DNA from: Octopus sinensis
Lineage: Eukaryota
Length of the DNA: 64,000 nt
Reading direction: 5' to 3'
NCBI RefSeq assembly: GCF_006345805.1
Contig: NW_021836149.1
Coordinates: 1-64,000 of the forward strand
The notes under the pieces are model-generated. The model did no database searches. It was not told the DNA's origin and was given only the letters and a program-made list of their open reading frames with translations. The position numbers and the translations under genes are program-made. Of this stretch, positions 11,586-23,289 are shown piece by piece (positions within the stretch are counted from its first letter, which is position 1; every line of letters starts with the position of its first letter).

Positions 11586-12512
11586 CGAGGCGCTAGCCAA
11601 TAGTAACCAGAAACGTTCTCTGGCACAAGCCCATTATAGTTCAGGCTTCCGCTGCTGGAATCTACTTGATGCAAACCTCAGGCTTCAGTCTGCCGACCAG
11701 CGGCGTTAGGTGAGGTCGTACTACCACGTGGTGCGTCTTTGTTTTGCAGTGCTTCTCCCTACTTTGTCGACTTTTGCGACGAGTGGAACGAAAGAAAAGC
11801 GTGCTTCCGTGAAATTCTGTTTCCTGCTGGGGAAAAAAGGCGGCCAAAACAGTTGTCATGCTTCAAACAGCTTACAAGGACGCTGCCATGAGCAAAACAC
11901 AAATTTACGAGTGGTTTTCATGCTTTAGGAACGGTTACTTGTCACTTGAAAACCAACCCCGTTCAGGGCGGCCGTCGACCTCCCGTTCAAAAGAAAACAT
12001 CATGAAATTTCATGAATTGGTCTTGGAGGACCGTTACCAACAACTGGACTCGTATCTTGGAGCGCCTGCCATCAAAATTTGAGCGAGGAGTTGCGAATGA
12101 AAACAGTTGCAGCAAAATTTGTGTCTCGCTTGGTCACGGAAATTTGTGCCTCACTTCCTCACGGAAATTTTAGCCTCGCTTGCTCAAAAGTAGTCAGAAC
12201 TGAATGCATGTCGTGAACTGAAAGAATACCAGGAAGTCGTCCCAGACCTTTTTACGAAGGTCATCACTTGATGATGAAAGCAGGTGCTACGGAATTGGTA
12301 AATGTGAAAGAGGTGAAGAAAAAAACGACGGAGACTTTAAACAGCAATACTTCACAGAAGTTCCAGCACTGCTTCGAACTGTGGAAAATGCATGTGAACC
12401 GATGCACTGCTTCAAATGGAGAATATTCTGAAGGCGATAAAAGTGTAAACATGTAAAACTAAGTAAATGAAATAAGATTGCAAAATTCCGGTTTCTTTTG
12501 GGTAACCACTCG
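11586..12512 (+). mobile_element. Internally deleted mariner element (duplicate copy)
   Basis: Near-identical to 10245-11171. Confidence 0.9.
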
Positions 12513-12536
12513 TATATGTGTGTGTGTGTATGTATG

Positions 12537-12585
<49 letters not shown>

Positions 12586-12587
<2 letters not shown>

Positions 12588-13846
12588 GGGGTCAGTGAAT
12601 ATTGTCGTCTAAAAATGAAAATACCACTGACATCTCATTTTCACAGATTTATTTATCAAAAATATACAAAAATATCTTGAATTACCAAAGAGAAAATATA
12701 TTCAACTAGCCTTGAAGCCGCCCTACGGATGGCATTCTGTCTAGCACCTGTATTCTAAATGTCTCTGGAAAATATTGCCTAATCTCGGTTCACCTTTAAG
12801 GCCTTTGGCCCCGCTATCGGGCTGCTTCACGACCCTCTAGCCTCGTGTAATGAAACTTATTTCTGTAAATGTGCTAAGCACTGATGCTGATCATAGTTTA
12901 ATCAACAAGTGTAGGAGTGAGGTAAATGCAGTAAAACGGGTGGGGGGAGAACAGTGGTGGCCCCATCTCCTTACGATGCTCCCTGGGAGTTCATAGTATG
13001 TAATTCATTGCCATTGCTCCGGTTGCTATGCATTGCTATGTATTTAGTTTAAAATGCAGTAAAAGCAGGGGAGTCAGTGGTGCCCCAATTAGGTGGTCCT
13101 TAAAAACATAAACCCTCTTAGGACATTCCCTGGGATTAAGGGAGGTGCTGGTTTAAGTTTCGTTGTCCTTGTACCAACGGTCTAGGAGGAGTTAACGAAC
13201 ATAAAAACGTAACGGACTGAGAAGCATCACTCAAATATATATATTAAGACTAGCTATTTTGACCCGTGCTTCGCTCGGGTTTTGGTGGTGGTGTTGTTTT
13301 GTGCGTGTTGTCTCCTTTTCCCTTTCTTCTTTGTTCGTCTTCTTTGCCTGGTTCTTTTTATTGCCCTTTTCTTTACCTCCCTTTCCAAAATCCCCCAAAT
13401 TTTTACACCTGCAATTAAAGATAACCGCCTGTAGCCCCTGCAGCAACATGAAAAGCCACCATAGACAGCGCAACCTGTCTATCCCATAAAACTCAATTTT
13501 TCCCATATTCCTCACCATGGCAACCAAACGATTGCCCCTAGCGACTTGCAACCCTCCTCATTTGATTTTTGTCACTCTCAGTACATGTCCTCACATTGCG
13601 CTGTCCACAAATTGACAGCCAAACACTCTGAAATATTCGTATTGGAGCTTCAGCGCGAAGTACCAAGCAGTACAGCATGTCGTTTCCAAATTTCTGGCAG
13701 AATGAATTGCGTCGTGGTGCTGTTTTTCTCACAGACGATACCCAACTGACCCTACTATACTGTGTAGTCGACAAAATCAAAAACAAACAATGCGCACGCG
13801 TGAAATTAAACATATAAAATGGTGACAGTTTACCCACCGCACCCTG
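12586..13846 (-). mobile_element. Tc1/mariner-superfamily element with its interior replaced by foreign DNA
   Basis: Related TIRs CGGGGGTCAGTGAATATTGTCG (12586) and CAGGGTGCGGTGGGTAAACTGTCA (minus, 13846) in TA-rich flanks; minus-strand N-terminal HTH-like TQFILPEIWKRHAVLLG..SSNTNISECLAVNLWT at ~13715-13600. Confidence 0.55.
13250..13545 (-). mobile_element. Helitron 3' portion nested in the Tc1-like element
   Basis: Minus-strand CCCGAGCGAAGCACGGG hairpin about 9 nt before CTAG|T at 13250. Confidence 0.6.
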
Positions 13847-13904
13847 TGTATATATGCGTGCGTGTGTATACATACATATATATATATGTGTGTGTGTATA
13901 TGTA

Positions 13905-14097
13905 AAAAAAACACAAACTGGGACAAGAACGCAAAACATTTAGAAGACGATACAAAAAACACGGACGGGACATTCAATCTTCAGTCAAGAACCGGATCAT
14001 CCTCGCAATTTCGGCTGATTAATCTTGACTTCTTAGATTGCTCCGACCTGGCCAGCCCCAAAGGAAAATCTAAGCCAAGCGCATTAGATTCCTTGGA

Positions 14098-14100
<3 letters not shown>
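13905..14100. repeat. Unclassified short interspersed repeat, possibly Penelope-derived, between (TA)n tracts
   Basis: Distinct GC-richer block inside microsatellite; CTGAAGA and CGAAA motifs on the minus strand. Confidence 0.35.
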
Positions 14101-14151
<51 letters not shown>

Positions 14152-14577
14152 ACACATATATAAATATTGTTTAAAATAGTTAGTTTTGCCGGCCTGTAAC
14201 AGAAGCCCTTGTCTTTTGGGCTTTAGATTCATTAATCTAAACATAACCTGTCAGAATTCATCAGATTGAACAGCCATCCAGTAATATGTATATATGCTCA
14301 TGAAACTAGTGGTTTGTTCATGTTTTATTCAGATGAGGTATGAAAGACATAAGTGACCTTTATTTCCACAAATTTGAAATTGGCGGAAGCAGGCTAATGG
14401 AAGCAGCTTGAGAAATCGACAACAAAGCAATATGCTATGATGCATAGCAAATACATAGTGTATGATTTTTTTTTTAATGCATGGATACAAACAAATTAAA
14501 TGGTACTGGATGTCTCTCTCTAGTTACTTTGTCATCTTCTGCATGCTCATTTTATGTTAGTTCCCACTGGATATATT

Positions 14578-15156
14578 CTTTTCTACTCTTGGCACAAGGC
14601 TCGAAGATTTTGGAGAGGGACCAGTCAATTAGATCGATCCCAGGACGAACTGGTACTTAATAATCGACCCCGAAAAGGATGAAAGGCAAAGTCGACCTCT
14701 GCGGAATATGAACTCAGAACACGAAGACAGACGAAATACCGCTAAGCATTTCGCCCGACGTGCTAACGTTTCTTATTTCTTTATTGCCCACAAGGGGCTA
14801 AACATAGAGGGGACAAACAAGGATAGACAAACGAATTAAGTCGAATACATCGACCCCCCCAATGCGTAACTGAAAGGTAAAGTCAACCTCGGTGAAATTT
14901 GAACTCAGAACGTAACGGCAGTCGAAATACCTATTTCTTTACTACCCACAAGGTGCTAAACACAGAGGGGACAAATAAGGACAAACAAACGGATTAAGTC
15001 GATTATATCGACTCCGGTGCGTAACTGGTACTTATTTAAACGACCCCGAAAAGGATGAAAGGCAAAGTTGGTGAAATTGGAACTCAGAACGCAGCGGCGG
15101 ACGAAATACCGCAAAGCATTTCGCCCGGCGTGCTAACGTTTCTGCCAGCTCGCCCC
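14578..15156 (-). mobile_element. Trimer of tRNA-derived SINE family B inside one TSD
   Basis: Three consecutive units containing GTTCTGAGTTCAAAT-type box B and CTTTGCCTTTCA; flanked by ACTGGATATATT at 14566-14577 and 15164-15175. Confidence 0.85.
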
Positions 15157-15330
15157 GTTTCCAACTGGATATATTGCGGGCGAATAAGAGAGTTGGTCTG
15201 TTGTGCAGGCAGCTATTTCACATTAAAGATTTTAAAAAACTTGCGCTAGTCCGCTTCCGGTATTTAATAGGTAAGACTGCATAGCATACGATTAATAGAC
15301 TTCTAAGTGAATGTTGAATAATTTCATATT

Positions 15331-15832
15331 TTTTTACTCTTTTTTACTTGTTTGACTGCGACCATGCTGGAGCACCGCCTTTAGTCGAGCAAATCGACCC
15401 CAGGACTTATTGCCCTAAAGGAGAAACAGATTCTATAAATATTCGTTATAATGTTGCTATTTACGATTCTCGTAATCTTATAGAGCAAGAAATTGAGTTA
15501 TTGGAAGTAGTAAGAAAGTCATAGATTGTACATATTCTAGTACATATTCTATCGGTTCTTTTTTGCCGAACCGCTAGGTTACGGGAACGTAAACACACCA
15601 GCATCGGTTGTCAAGCGATGTTGGAGGGACAAACACAGACACACAAACATATCTATACATATAGATATATACGACGGGCTTCTTTCAGTTTCTGTCTACC
15701 AAATCCACTCACAAAGCTTTAGTCGGCCCGAGGCTATAAATAGAAAACACTCTCCCAAGGTGCCACGCAGTGGGACTGAACCCGGAACCATGTGGTTGGT
15801 AAGCAAGCTACTTACCACACAGCCACTCCTGT
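15331..15832 (-). mobile_element. SINE family A carrying a 122-bp templated insertion
   Basis: Matches family A (head CAGGAGTGGCTGTGTGG...GGTTCAGTCC); 15409-15530 is foreign sequence. Confidence 0.9.
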
Positions 15833-15994
15833 GGTGGCCGAGTTATTTTGCCCGTCAGTGACAGTGAAATACTGTTACTTTTAATAGATTCAGGTGCACT
15901 GATGCAGTAGTAAAGGCAGAAGTTACTATTTTCTGGTCCATGCATAGATGCAACCCATTTTTAACTACTGTACGTTCCAAGTCCATTGTCTTCG

Positions 15995-16257
15995 ATCATT
16001 TTTTCACGCTGAGAGTTGCTGAAGCATGGAACAAACTTCCGGCATCAGTTGTTAGTTGTCGGAGCACTGCATCCTTCAAAACTTCCATGCTTCCTGAGAT
16101 TCGCCAACACTACACCTGATTTTCTCCCCTCAATACACACACAAGCATGTACCTGACTCATGCATTGTTCGCTTTTCAGACATTTGTACATTACTGCATA
16201 TGCTTTATATGTACTTTTGACAAGTTGTGGTGCACCTGAGCACTGTATACAATAATT

Positions 16258-16294
<37 letters not shown>
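15995..16294 (+). mobile_element. CR1-clade LINE 3' end
   Basis: HFFTLRVAEAWNKLPASVVSCRSTASFK (CR1 C-terminal FF..RV...WN.LP motif), then 3' UTR and (ATT)n tail. Confidence 0.85.
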
Positions 16295-16296
<2 letters not shown>

Positions 16297-16398
16297 GAAC
16301 GATCTTTTTCTTTTGGTTTATTTTCTTCTTTGCTGATTTTTATGTATTTATGCCTATATGTGGAATTCATTTCTGCTTGTATGTATACTTAATGTATA

Positions 16399-16810
16399 GG
16401 CGCAGGAGTGGCTGTGTGGTAAGTAGCTTGCCTACCAACCACATGGTTCTGGGTTCAGTCGCACTGCGTGGCATCTTGGGCAAGTGTCTTCTGCTATAGC
16501 CCCGGGCCGACCAATGCCTTGTGAGTGGAATTGGTAGACGGAAACTGAAAGAAGCCTGTCGTATATATGTATATATATATGCGTGTGTGTGTTTGTGTGA
16601 GTGTGTTTGTCCCCCTAGCATTGCTTGACAACCGATGCTGGTGTGTTTACGTCCCGTCACTTAGCGGTTCGGCAAAAGAGACCGATAGAATAAGTACTGG
16701 GCTTACAAAAGAATAAGTCCCGTGGTCGATTTGCTCGACAAAAGGCGGTGCTCCAGCATGGCCGCAGTCAAATGACTGAAACAAGTAAAAGAGTAAAAAG
16801 AGTAAAGAGT
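16399..16810 (+). mobile_element. tRNA-derived SINE family A (CORE-like), full length
   Basis: Box A TGGCTGTGTGG, box B GGTTCAGTC, TTGGGCAAGTGTCTT core, internal (TA)n(TG)n, tail CCAGCATGGCCGCAGTCAAATGACTGAAAC(AAGTAAAAG)n. Confidence 0.9.
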
Positions 16811-17059
16811 AATGTAGGCGTTTGCGCGCGCGCACGTGTGTATGTGTGTGTGTGTGTTTGTGTACGTGGGCGTGCGCGCGTGTATGTGAAAATCATGTTG
16901 GAAACATCAGAATCAACATCGAAAAAGGTGTTGTGTCCATCACATCGTTAACGATTTCGGCATACATCAATATCCATCTATCCATCTATTTATCTCTTTC
17001 TCTTTTCTACCTCTCTCTCTATATATGTGCGTGTATATATGTATATACATATATATATA

Positions 17060-17102
<43 letters not shown>

Positions 17103-17979
17103 TTATATGTGTGTGTGTATGTATATATATATATATTATATATATATATATATATAATATATATATATATATGTATATATAATGGTTTGGTGATACAGCT
17201 GTAAAGCTTGTATGTGTATGATGTCTCTACACATACAAGCTTATATATATATATATATGTAGCAAAATAAAAATAATCAGGAAGGAAGAAAAGTGTTCTT
17301 AATTAACAGCAGCCTAAGACAAATGAAATATTTCTGTAATGATCTCATAAGTCCACGTCCTGTCGTAGTCGACGGGGATCGGAATTCCTTAGATCAACAT
17401 CCGAGAACGATAGCGTAAACAGATTTCAAGGTAGATAGCTACAGTAATCACAAGTAACCATATCACGGTGCTTCTACTTTTGACTATAATATTCGCAATA
17501 ATTATAATAGTATTAATCATCAATCATTGTTGATAGAACTAGCTATAGTGGACGTCACAGCGTTAATTGCCCTAAAGGAGAAACAGATTCTATAAATATT
17601 CGTTATAATGTTGCTATTTACGATTCTCGTAATCTTATAGAGCAAGAAATTGAGTTATTGGAAGTAGTAAGAAAGTCATAGATTGTAGTATTGTATGAAC
17701 TGAAGTGTGTCCCGGTGATGTAAGTCCTGTGTGTGTTTATGGAAACCAGAGGTAAATAAAATAATGATGTAAAAGCTGAATTATAGTTATGAGGAATAAG
17801 ATAAAGGAGATGGTGAGAGAGAATCTAAGGATGTTGTAACCCCCAGATTACAGGAGATGTATTTACGGCTGCACCACAAAGTTGTTTGTATCGGTCATGT
17901 TGAATGTATAGATTAAGATGAGTATATTACAATAGCCGAGGCAGATAGTGGTTAGAAGCATGTAGAAGATGGAATATAA

Positions 17980-18374
17980 TCTCTATATATGTAAAGCTGA
18001 AGTTGTCTGTCTATGGCAGGTTTGGTAGCCTTCAACTAACACTATCTCCTCTGAGACCCTGCGGCGCAAGTTGACCAAAAGTGGGAGTATGATAGAAGAG
18101 GGCTTGCTCTTCCTTCTGTAGAAGGAAAAATTCAAATCGGACCATGTTAACACCAAAAATTAATTACATAAAAAAAGTGCTTTTTTTTTCTATGAAAATC
18201 CCTATTTTTTACGATTTTTTTTAATGCTGTGTTGCCATTTTTCGGTGTATTTCAACCAGAAAAATGTTCACTTAAAGAGAATAACAAGCTACATAATGCA
18301 AAAATTTTACTTTTCAAAAATTCCAATTCTAAAGGGTCGAAACAAACCCGAGCAACGCCGGGCGATACTGCTAG
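17980..18374 (+). mobile_element. Non-autonomous Helitron
   Basis: A|TCTCTATATAT start; CCCGAGCAACGCCGGG hairpin 8 nt before CTAG|T. Confidence 0.9.
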
Positions 18375-18859
18375 TATAGTATAATATTGTAGCGTACCCG
18401 TCGTGCCTGCTTGGATTATTTCAGAGCTAAACATTAAAGGTCTAGAAAGTACGAAGCGAACAGCCACGATGCATGCGCAAAACACAACAGCCCTTAACGG
18501 AAGTCGTGAAAGGCATATAAGGAGCCCGACTGACAGGACTTTTCCTCGTTTTTTCTTCCCCTCTTTGGGCAGTCAAGTTTGCCAACTGCCCACAGCTAGG
18601 ACTGCTAGCTCTCTTTCTTTGCTTCAGTGCCCTAAACGTGGTGTTGCGATGCCTCCTCAGTGTAGGTACCATCTGACGATATATTCATTCGATGTTTTTG
18701 TTTAAACTGTACATGCCATAACATCTTGCAACGCATTTCCAACAAAATAAAAATTGTTATATATAGTGAGTATTTATTTTTCATTTACACGCAGCCCACA
18801 CCTAAACAACACATCGCCAACCTATCAATGGAAACACACTAAATCAATGGAAACTCACT

Positions 18860-19760
18860 AAAATAAAAAGCAAGGAGGTAACATAAATATTGCATGTATA
18901 TATACTTTTCACGTCCATAAGGTATGATGTTCCAAATGGTCTTAGAGAACCATTTAAAAAGATATTTAGAAGATTTCGAGGGGTAGTATGAAAGATCCGT
19001 GACATAGAATGGTTTCTGGCCACTCTATGCGGTAGCTAAACTGACCGCTCCTTTCCGTAAACGTAACATATGTTCATACGCTGCAGCAAACACATGTCTA
19101 TAAAGTAGCTACTTTGTCCACATTCCAAGCTGTCACTATTCGTCATATTGCTAAAATTTTGCTATATTATTACAGTTATTATTACTATTGCTATTCAGTT
19201 TAGCCAGATTGGATTAAGTGATATTTAAAGCTTTATTGGGTAAGAATTAGGTAAAAGTTATGCTGTGTTGCGATTGAAGATATTAAGCCATCTTTGCTGG
19301 AGAGAGAGGAGCACTTGGCAAGAAGAATACTTTTGCAATTGAAGTAATGACTTCTGATTTATGCAGCAAATTATACATTACTTTTCTACGCCTAATTCTG
19401 TTGGTGTTAATGCGTTTCCGAATAATATTCAGTCAATACGACATGCTTTCGATGATGACATTTCGTCTGTGTGCTTTGTTACAATATGGATCTGTGTTTG
19501 TTTCCAATTTGCTCTCTGATAAACATATTGGTGATTCAACGTAATATTTTTTTCCCAAATATTTGGTTACAGATCTTGGATGGTTCGATTGTTTGTCAAT
19601 GTAATAGAGTAACTCATGTAGTCTTGCGGTTAGTGTTGAAATCTGTCCCCGTATTTCTTGAATATGATACTTTTAGTTACTGAGATAAGTTCGTCTTGAA
19701 TAGTAAAAATCAAATGCTGTACGGTGGTCTCAAATTCACATTTCTCATATTCATTTTGAT
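18860..19760 (-). pseudogene. Highly degenerate Penelope-like retroelement (RT C-terminus to GIY-YIG region)
   Basis: Minus-strand motifs YIDKQSNHPRSVTK, RRRKVMYN...ITSIAKVF, IFNRNT and SKTIWN occur in the order expected for Penelope ORFs. Confidence 0.7.
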
Positions 19761-20284
19761 TTTCAGCTGGTTAGCAACGTCTATCGTAAAGTATTCGCTG
19801 GAATGTTGCCCACATGATCAACGAATCTAACCAATTGTGACTTCGTTTGGAGAGAATGTTACCCACGTGATCAACAAAATCTGGCCAATCACAATTTCCC
19901 GTGGAATAGCCGCCAGTGAAAACATCAATTTTTGGCGCGCTGCTTTCTGAACCCATCAATAAGTATGAAATGACAAAAACATTTGTTCAACACCCAAATA
20001 GCTTTGAAATATAATGTATCAGAGAGAGTGTGAGACGATACAGCAGACGACACGGCGAAGAGACACGGGCAGCAGCTGAACCGATCAACATAATGAACTA
20101 CCCACAGAAACACAATGACTAGCAGTAACTTTTCGAATACAATAACATCCAAACTCAAGGAAAAATAAAGATTGTTCGTCAAAGCCTCAACAGATTTCGT
20201 TGTTTTCTTCTATGTACAACTGTTGATCTCCGACGCTAGAAATAACAGCCAGCATTCGCTTAAGTACAAGTTATAGTCTATGGA

Positions 20285-20421
20285 TTCAAATTCCGCCGAG
20301 GTCGACTTTGCCTTTCATCCTTTTGGGGTCGATAAATTAAGTACCAGTTACGCACTGGGATCGATGTAATCGACTTAATCCGTTTGTCTGTCCTTGTTTA
20401 GCCCCTTGTGGGTAGTAAAGA
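20285..20421 (+). mobile_element. SINE family B, 5'-truncated
   Basis: TTCAAATTCCGCCGAGGTCGACTTTGCCTTTCATCC...CCTTGTGGGTAGTAAAGAA. Confidence 0.85.
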
Positions 20422-20623
20422 ATTATATACTAGTTATCGGCAACCAGCTTTAGTACAAGTCTTATCGACCTCTGCCAAACACAAGAATGTCCCGCAATTA
20501 CGCAACTTTCATAAATGTATAATTTTTCTGCAACAATGCTCTGAGATGGTTTCTTATTGACTGATGCTGCAATGGTTTTCCTCAAATGGTCAATTGTTGT
20601 AGTTCTTATTGTGAAAGGGCTTG

Positions 20624-20783
20624 GCAGGAGTGGCTGTGTGGTAAGTACTTGCTAACCAACCACATGGTTCCGGGTTCAGTCCCACTGCGTGGCATCTTGG
20701 GCAAGTGTCTTCTGCTATAGCCCCGGGCGACCAATGCCTTGTGAGTGGATTTGGTAGACGGAAACTGAAAGAAGCCTGTTGTA

Positions 20784-20824
<41 letters not shown>

Positions 20825-21031
20825 CTGCGTTGTCCCCCTAGCATTGCTTGACAACCGATGCTGGTGTATTTACGTCCCCGTTACCTAGCGGTTCGGCAAA
20901 AGAGACCGATAGAATAAGTACTGGGCTTACAAAGAATAAATCCCGGGGTCGATTTGCTCGACTAAAGGCGGTGCTTCAGCATGGCCGCAGTCAAATGACT
21001 GAAACAAGTAAAAGAGTAAAGAGTAAGAGAG
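20624..21031 (+). mobile_element. SINE family A
   Basis: Near-identical to 16399-16810. Confidence 0.9.
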
Positions 21032-21469
21032 TGCTATCTATGGGAGTTTATATTCCGTTTATGCTCAAAACCCGAAAAACATTCAATTTAGTACTCAAAG
21101 CATGATAAAGAGCAGAGTTTATATTTTCATTTGAATATCAAGTTCTACGGATCAGTTGCCCGTTTCAGCTAATTTTGTATTTATAAGGAAAGATCACTTA
21201 TATTCAAGCGGAATATTTAAGACAGAAACAAAACACATTAGAAAATACATATATAAAAACAAGCGCTAGATACACTCTATAGAAAACTTAAATCAAAATG
21301 TTCTGGTTGCCAGATCTCTAGCGATTTCGAAATACATTGAAATAAGATATGCATAAGTAAGAAAAGGGAGAGAGAGAGAAAAAATTAGGCCATTTTTCTT
21401 CAGTTTCAGCCTCGCAGGGTCGGTTTCTTGCTATTTGTTGCAGTCCTGCGTTATCACCTTTGTCAGGTT

Positions 21470-22500
21470 TTATTTCTTAGAACACACCCTCACTACATCT
21501 TCTCTTCCCAGGTCTTCCTCTCTTGCAGGTTCCGTCCACTTAGAGTCACATACTTCATACTACTTTCCATGCCTCTTTCTTTCCGGAGTCAGTCAGGGCA
21601 AATGTGTCGTTACTTACTCCTCAACGACGTCTCGGTTTCATCTTGTATACAGTCTTTACGCCCCTGATTATCACGACGCAGAATATGCAACATCCTCTTA
21701 CTTTCACCCTCTCCACTTTCTATGTCTGTAAATCTCTAGCTTGTCATCAGTTTTCTTGATATTGCACTTTGTTGCTCACTTCTTTCAACTTTTGTCATGC
21801 CTACCTCTTATCGGATCTTTTCGGTTTGAACGGCAGTTTTTTCTAGCGGTGTCATATGAAATTGTCACCCATAATTATGACCCTAGTATCGATCTATTGC
21901 ATTTCAATCTGTTTTAGGGTTAGGGGTGGGGTGGGGAGTATCTTTTTTTCTTCAGAAATGTAAATAAACCCAATCTGTTTCTTAAACGAGGGACATATTC
22001 ATACGGCACATAATGTTTTTTTACCTCAATAGACGTCACTGATTGGTTAAAATTGCAGAAATTGAAGAAAAAACAACAAATATCTTACAAACTATAGAAT
22101 TTTCTCGATAAAGCCAAGAGAAAAAGATGTTTTATAAATACATTCTACCAGTATACGAAGTTTAAAAGTGTTTAGTTACGTGGAAATTATTTTAAAAAAC
22201 AGCCGTTCAAACTGAAAAGATCCCTCTTATATGTTATGGGCTTGTCTATAATAATTATTTCACCACAATGTTACCTGCTATTTAGTCGTAACCTGGTTCC
22301 AACACTACTTTTAGTTTGTGACTCGTCTGGCTACGTTTATCAAGGTTTCTACTCAAGGGTGATTCTTATTCATAGTCACAGTTGATGTTCTACTGTATTT
22401 CTTCAATAGTGCCGTCTCCATAAACAACGTGATTCCTTCTGTCAACGTCGGACAACTTTCTTCCTTTTACGTTGCTTCAGCTAAGAACCTTTTCTTTATA
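21470..22500 (-). pseudogene. Degenerate RTE LINE ORF fragment, split by a MITE
   Basis: Minus-strand VDGTCKRGRPGK (RTE C-terminal GRP motif) with decayed upstream coding-like sequence. Confidence 0.5.
21813..22223 (+). mobile_element. MITE M1
   Basis: GGATC...GATCC TIRs; TSD CTCTTATC/CTCTTATA. Confidence 0.95.
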
Positions 22501-22505
22501 GGCAA

Positions 22506-22810
22506 CTAGCAGTATCGCCCGGCGTTGCTCGGGTTTGTAAGGGAAATAACTATATAAGCATTTTAGAGAGTTACTCCCTTATATAACCTGAGCAAAAATC
22601 ATTAAAAATGCGGAAAAATGATGGTAAATTTTTGTTTTAATCGTAGACTCATCGTAGACGCGCGCTAATACCCAGAAGGGCTCGATATGAATGACGACTA
22701 TAAGATACCCGTTTTTGGTTAAATTGCACCGCAAAATGTGGGAGTAGCTAGGAATCTAAATCGGAGGAGACAGAGTCTCACACATACAACTTCAATTTTA
22801 TATATAAAGA
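22506..22810 (-). mobile_element. Non-autonomous Helitron
   Basis: Minus strand A|TCTTTATATATA start and CCCGAGCAACGCCGGG...CTAG|T end. Confidence 0.9.
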
Positions 22811-23191
22811 TAAGAGGAAGCGTTACTTCCCCGCTATGTATGACTGAAACACCTATGGCAGTAAATAAAAATGGTATCCCCACTTTAGCATTACGTTCAG
22901 GATACAATGGTGTACGTAAGTGTCTATGTAAGCGTGTATATCTATGTGTGTGTGTGTGTGAGAGAGAGAGAGCTAGTGTGTGTGTGTGTGTGCGAGCGCA
23001 AGGGCGTTTTACCTGACGAATGTGACACATTTAAACCCAAAGTAGTGATCTGGAAAGATACAGCTTCGATTACAAATTATTAATTATTTATATTTCTGAC
23101 TAGATAGACGTGCTTCTGTATGTATGTAATTATGTGTGCATGCACGTTTGTATGTATGAGTTGTTGAACTTGTATGTAAGGCATTCATGCA

Positions 23192-23289
<98 letters not shown>

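Larger units (their letters stand above)
9870..12550. repeat. Recent ~1.34-kb tandem duplication (RTE 3' end plus mariner derivative)
   Basis: Offset of 1341 bp (GCTAGCCAAT at 10251 and 11592); only a handful of substitutions; breakpoints lie in (TA)n/(TG)n tracts. Confidence 0.95.

Noticed and set aside
13231-13551. ORF initially resembling a LINE C-terminus
   Set aside because: It overlaps a Helitron 3' end and has no convincing LINE motif.
16399-16475. tRNA genes at SINE heads
   Set aside because: A and B boxes are present, but there is no complete cloverleaf and each continues into a SINE body.
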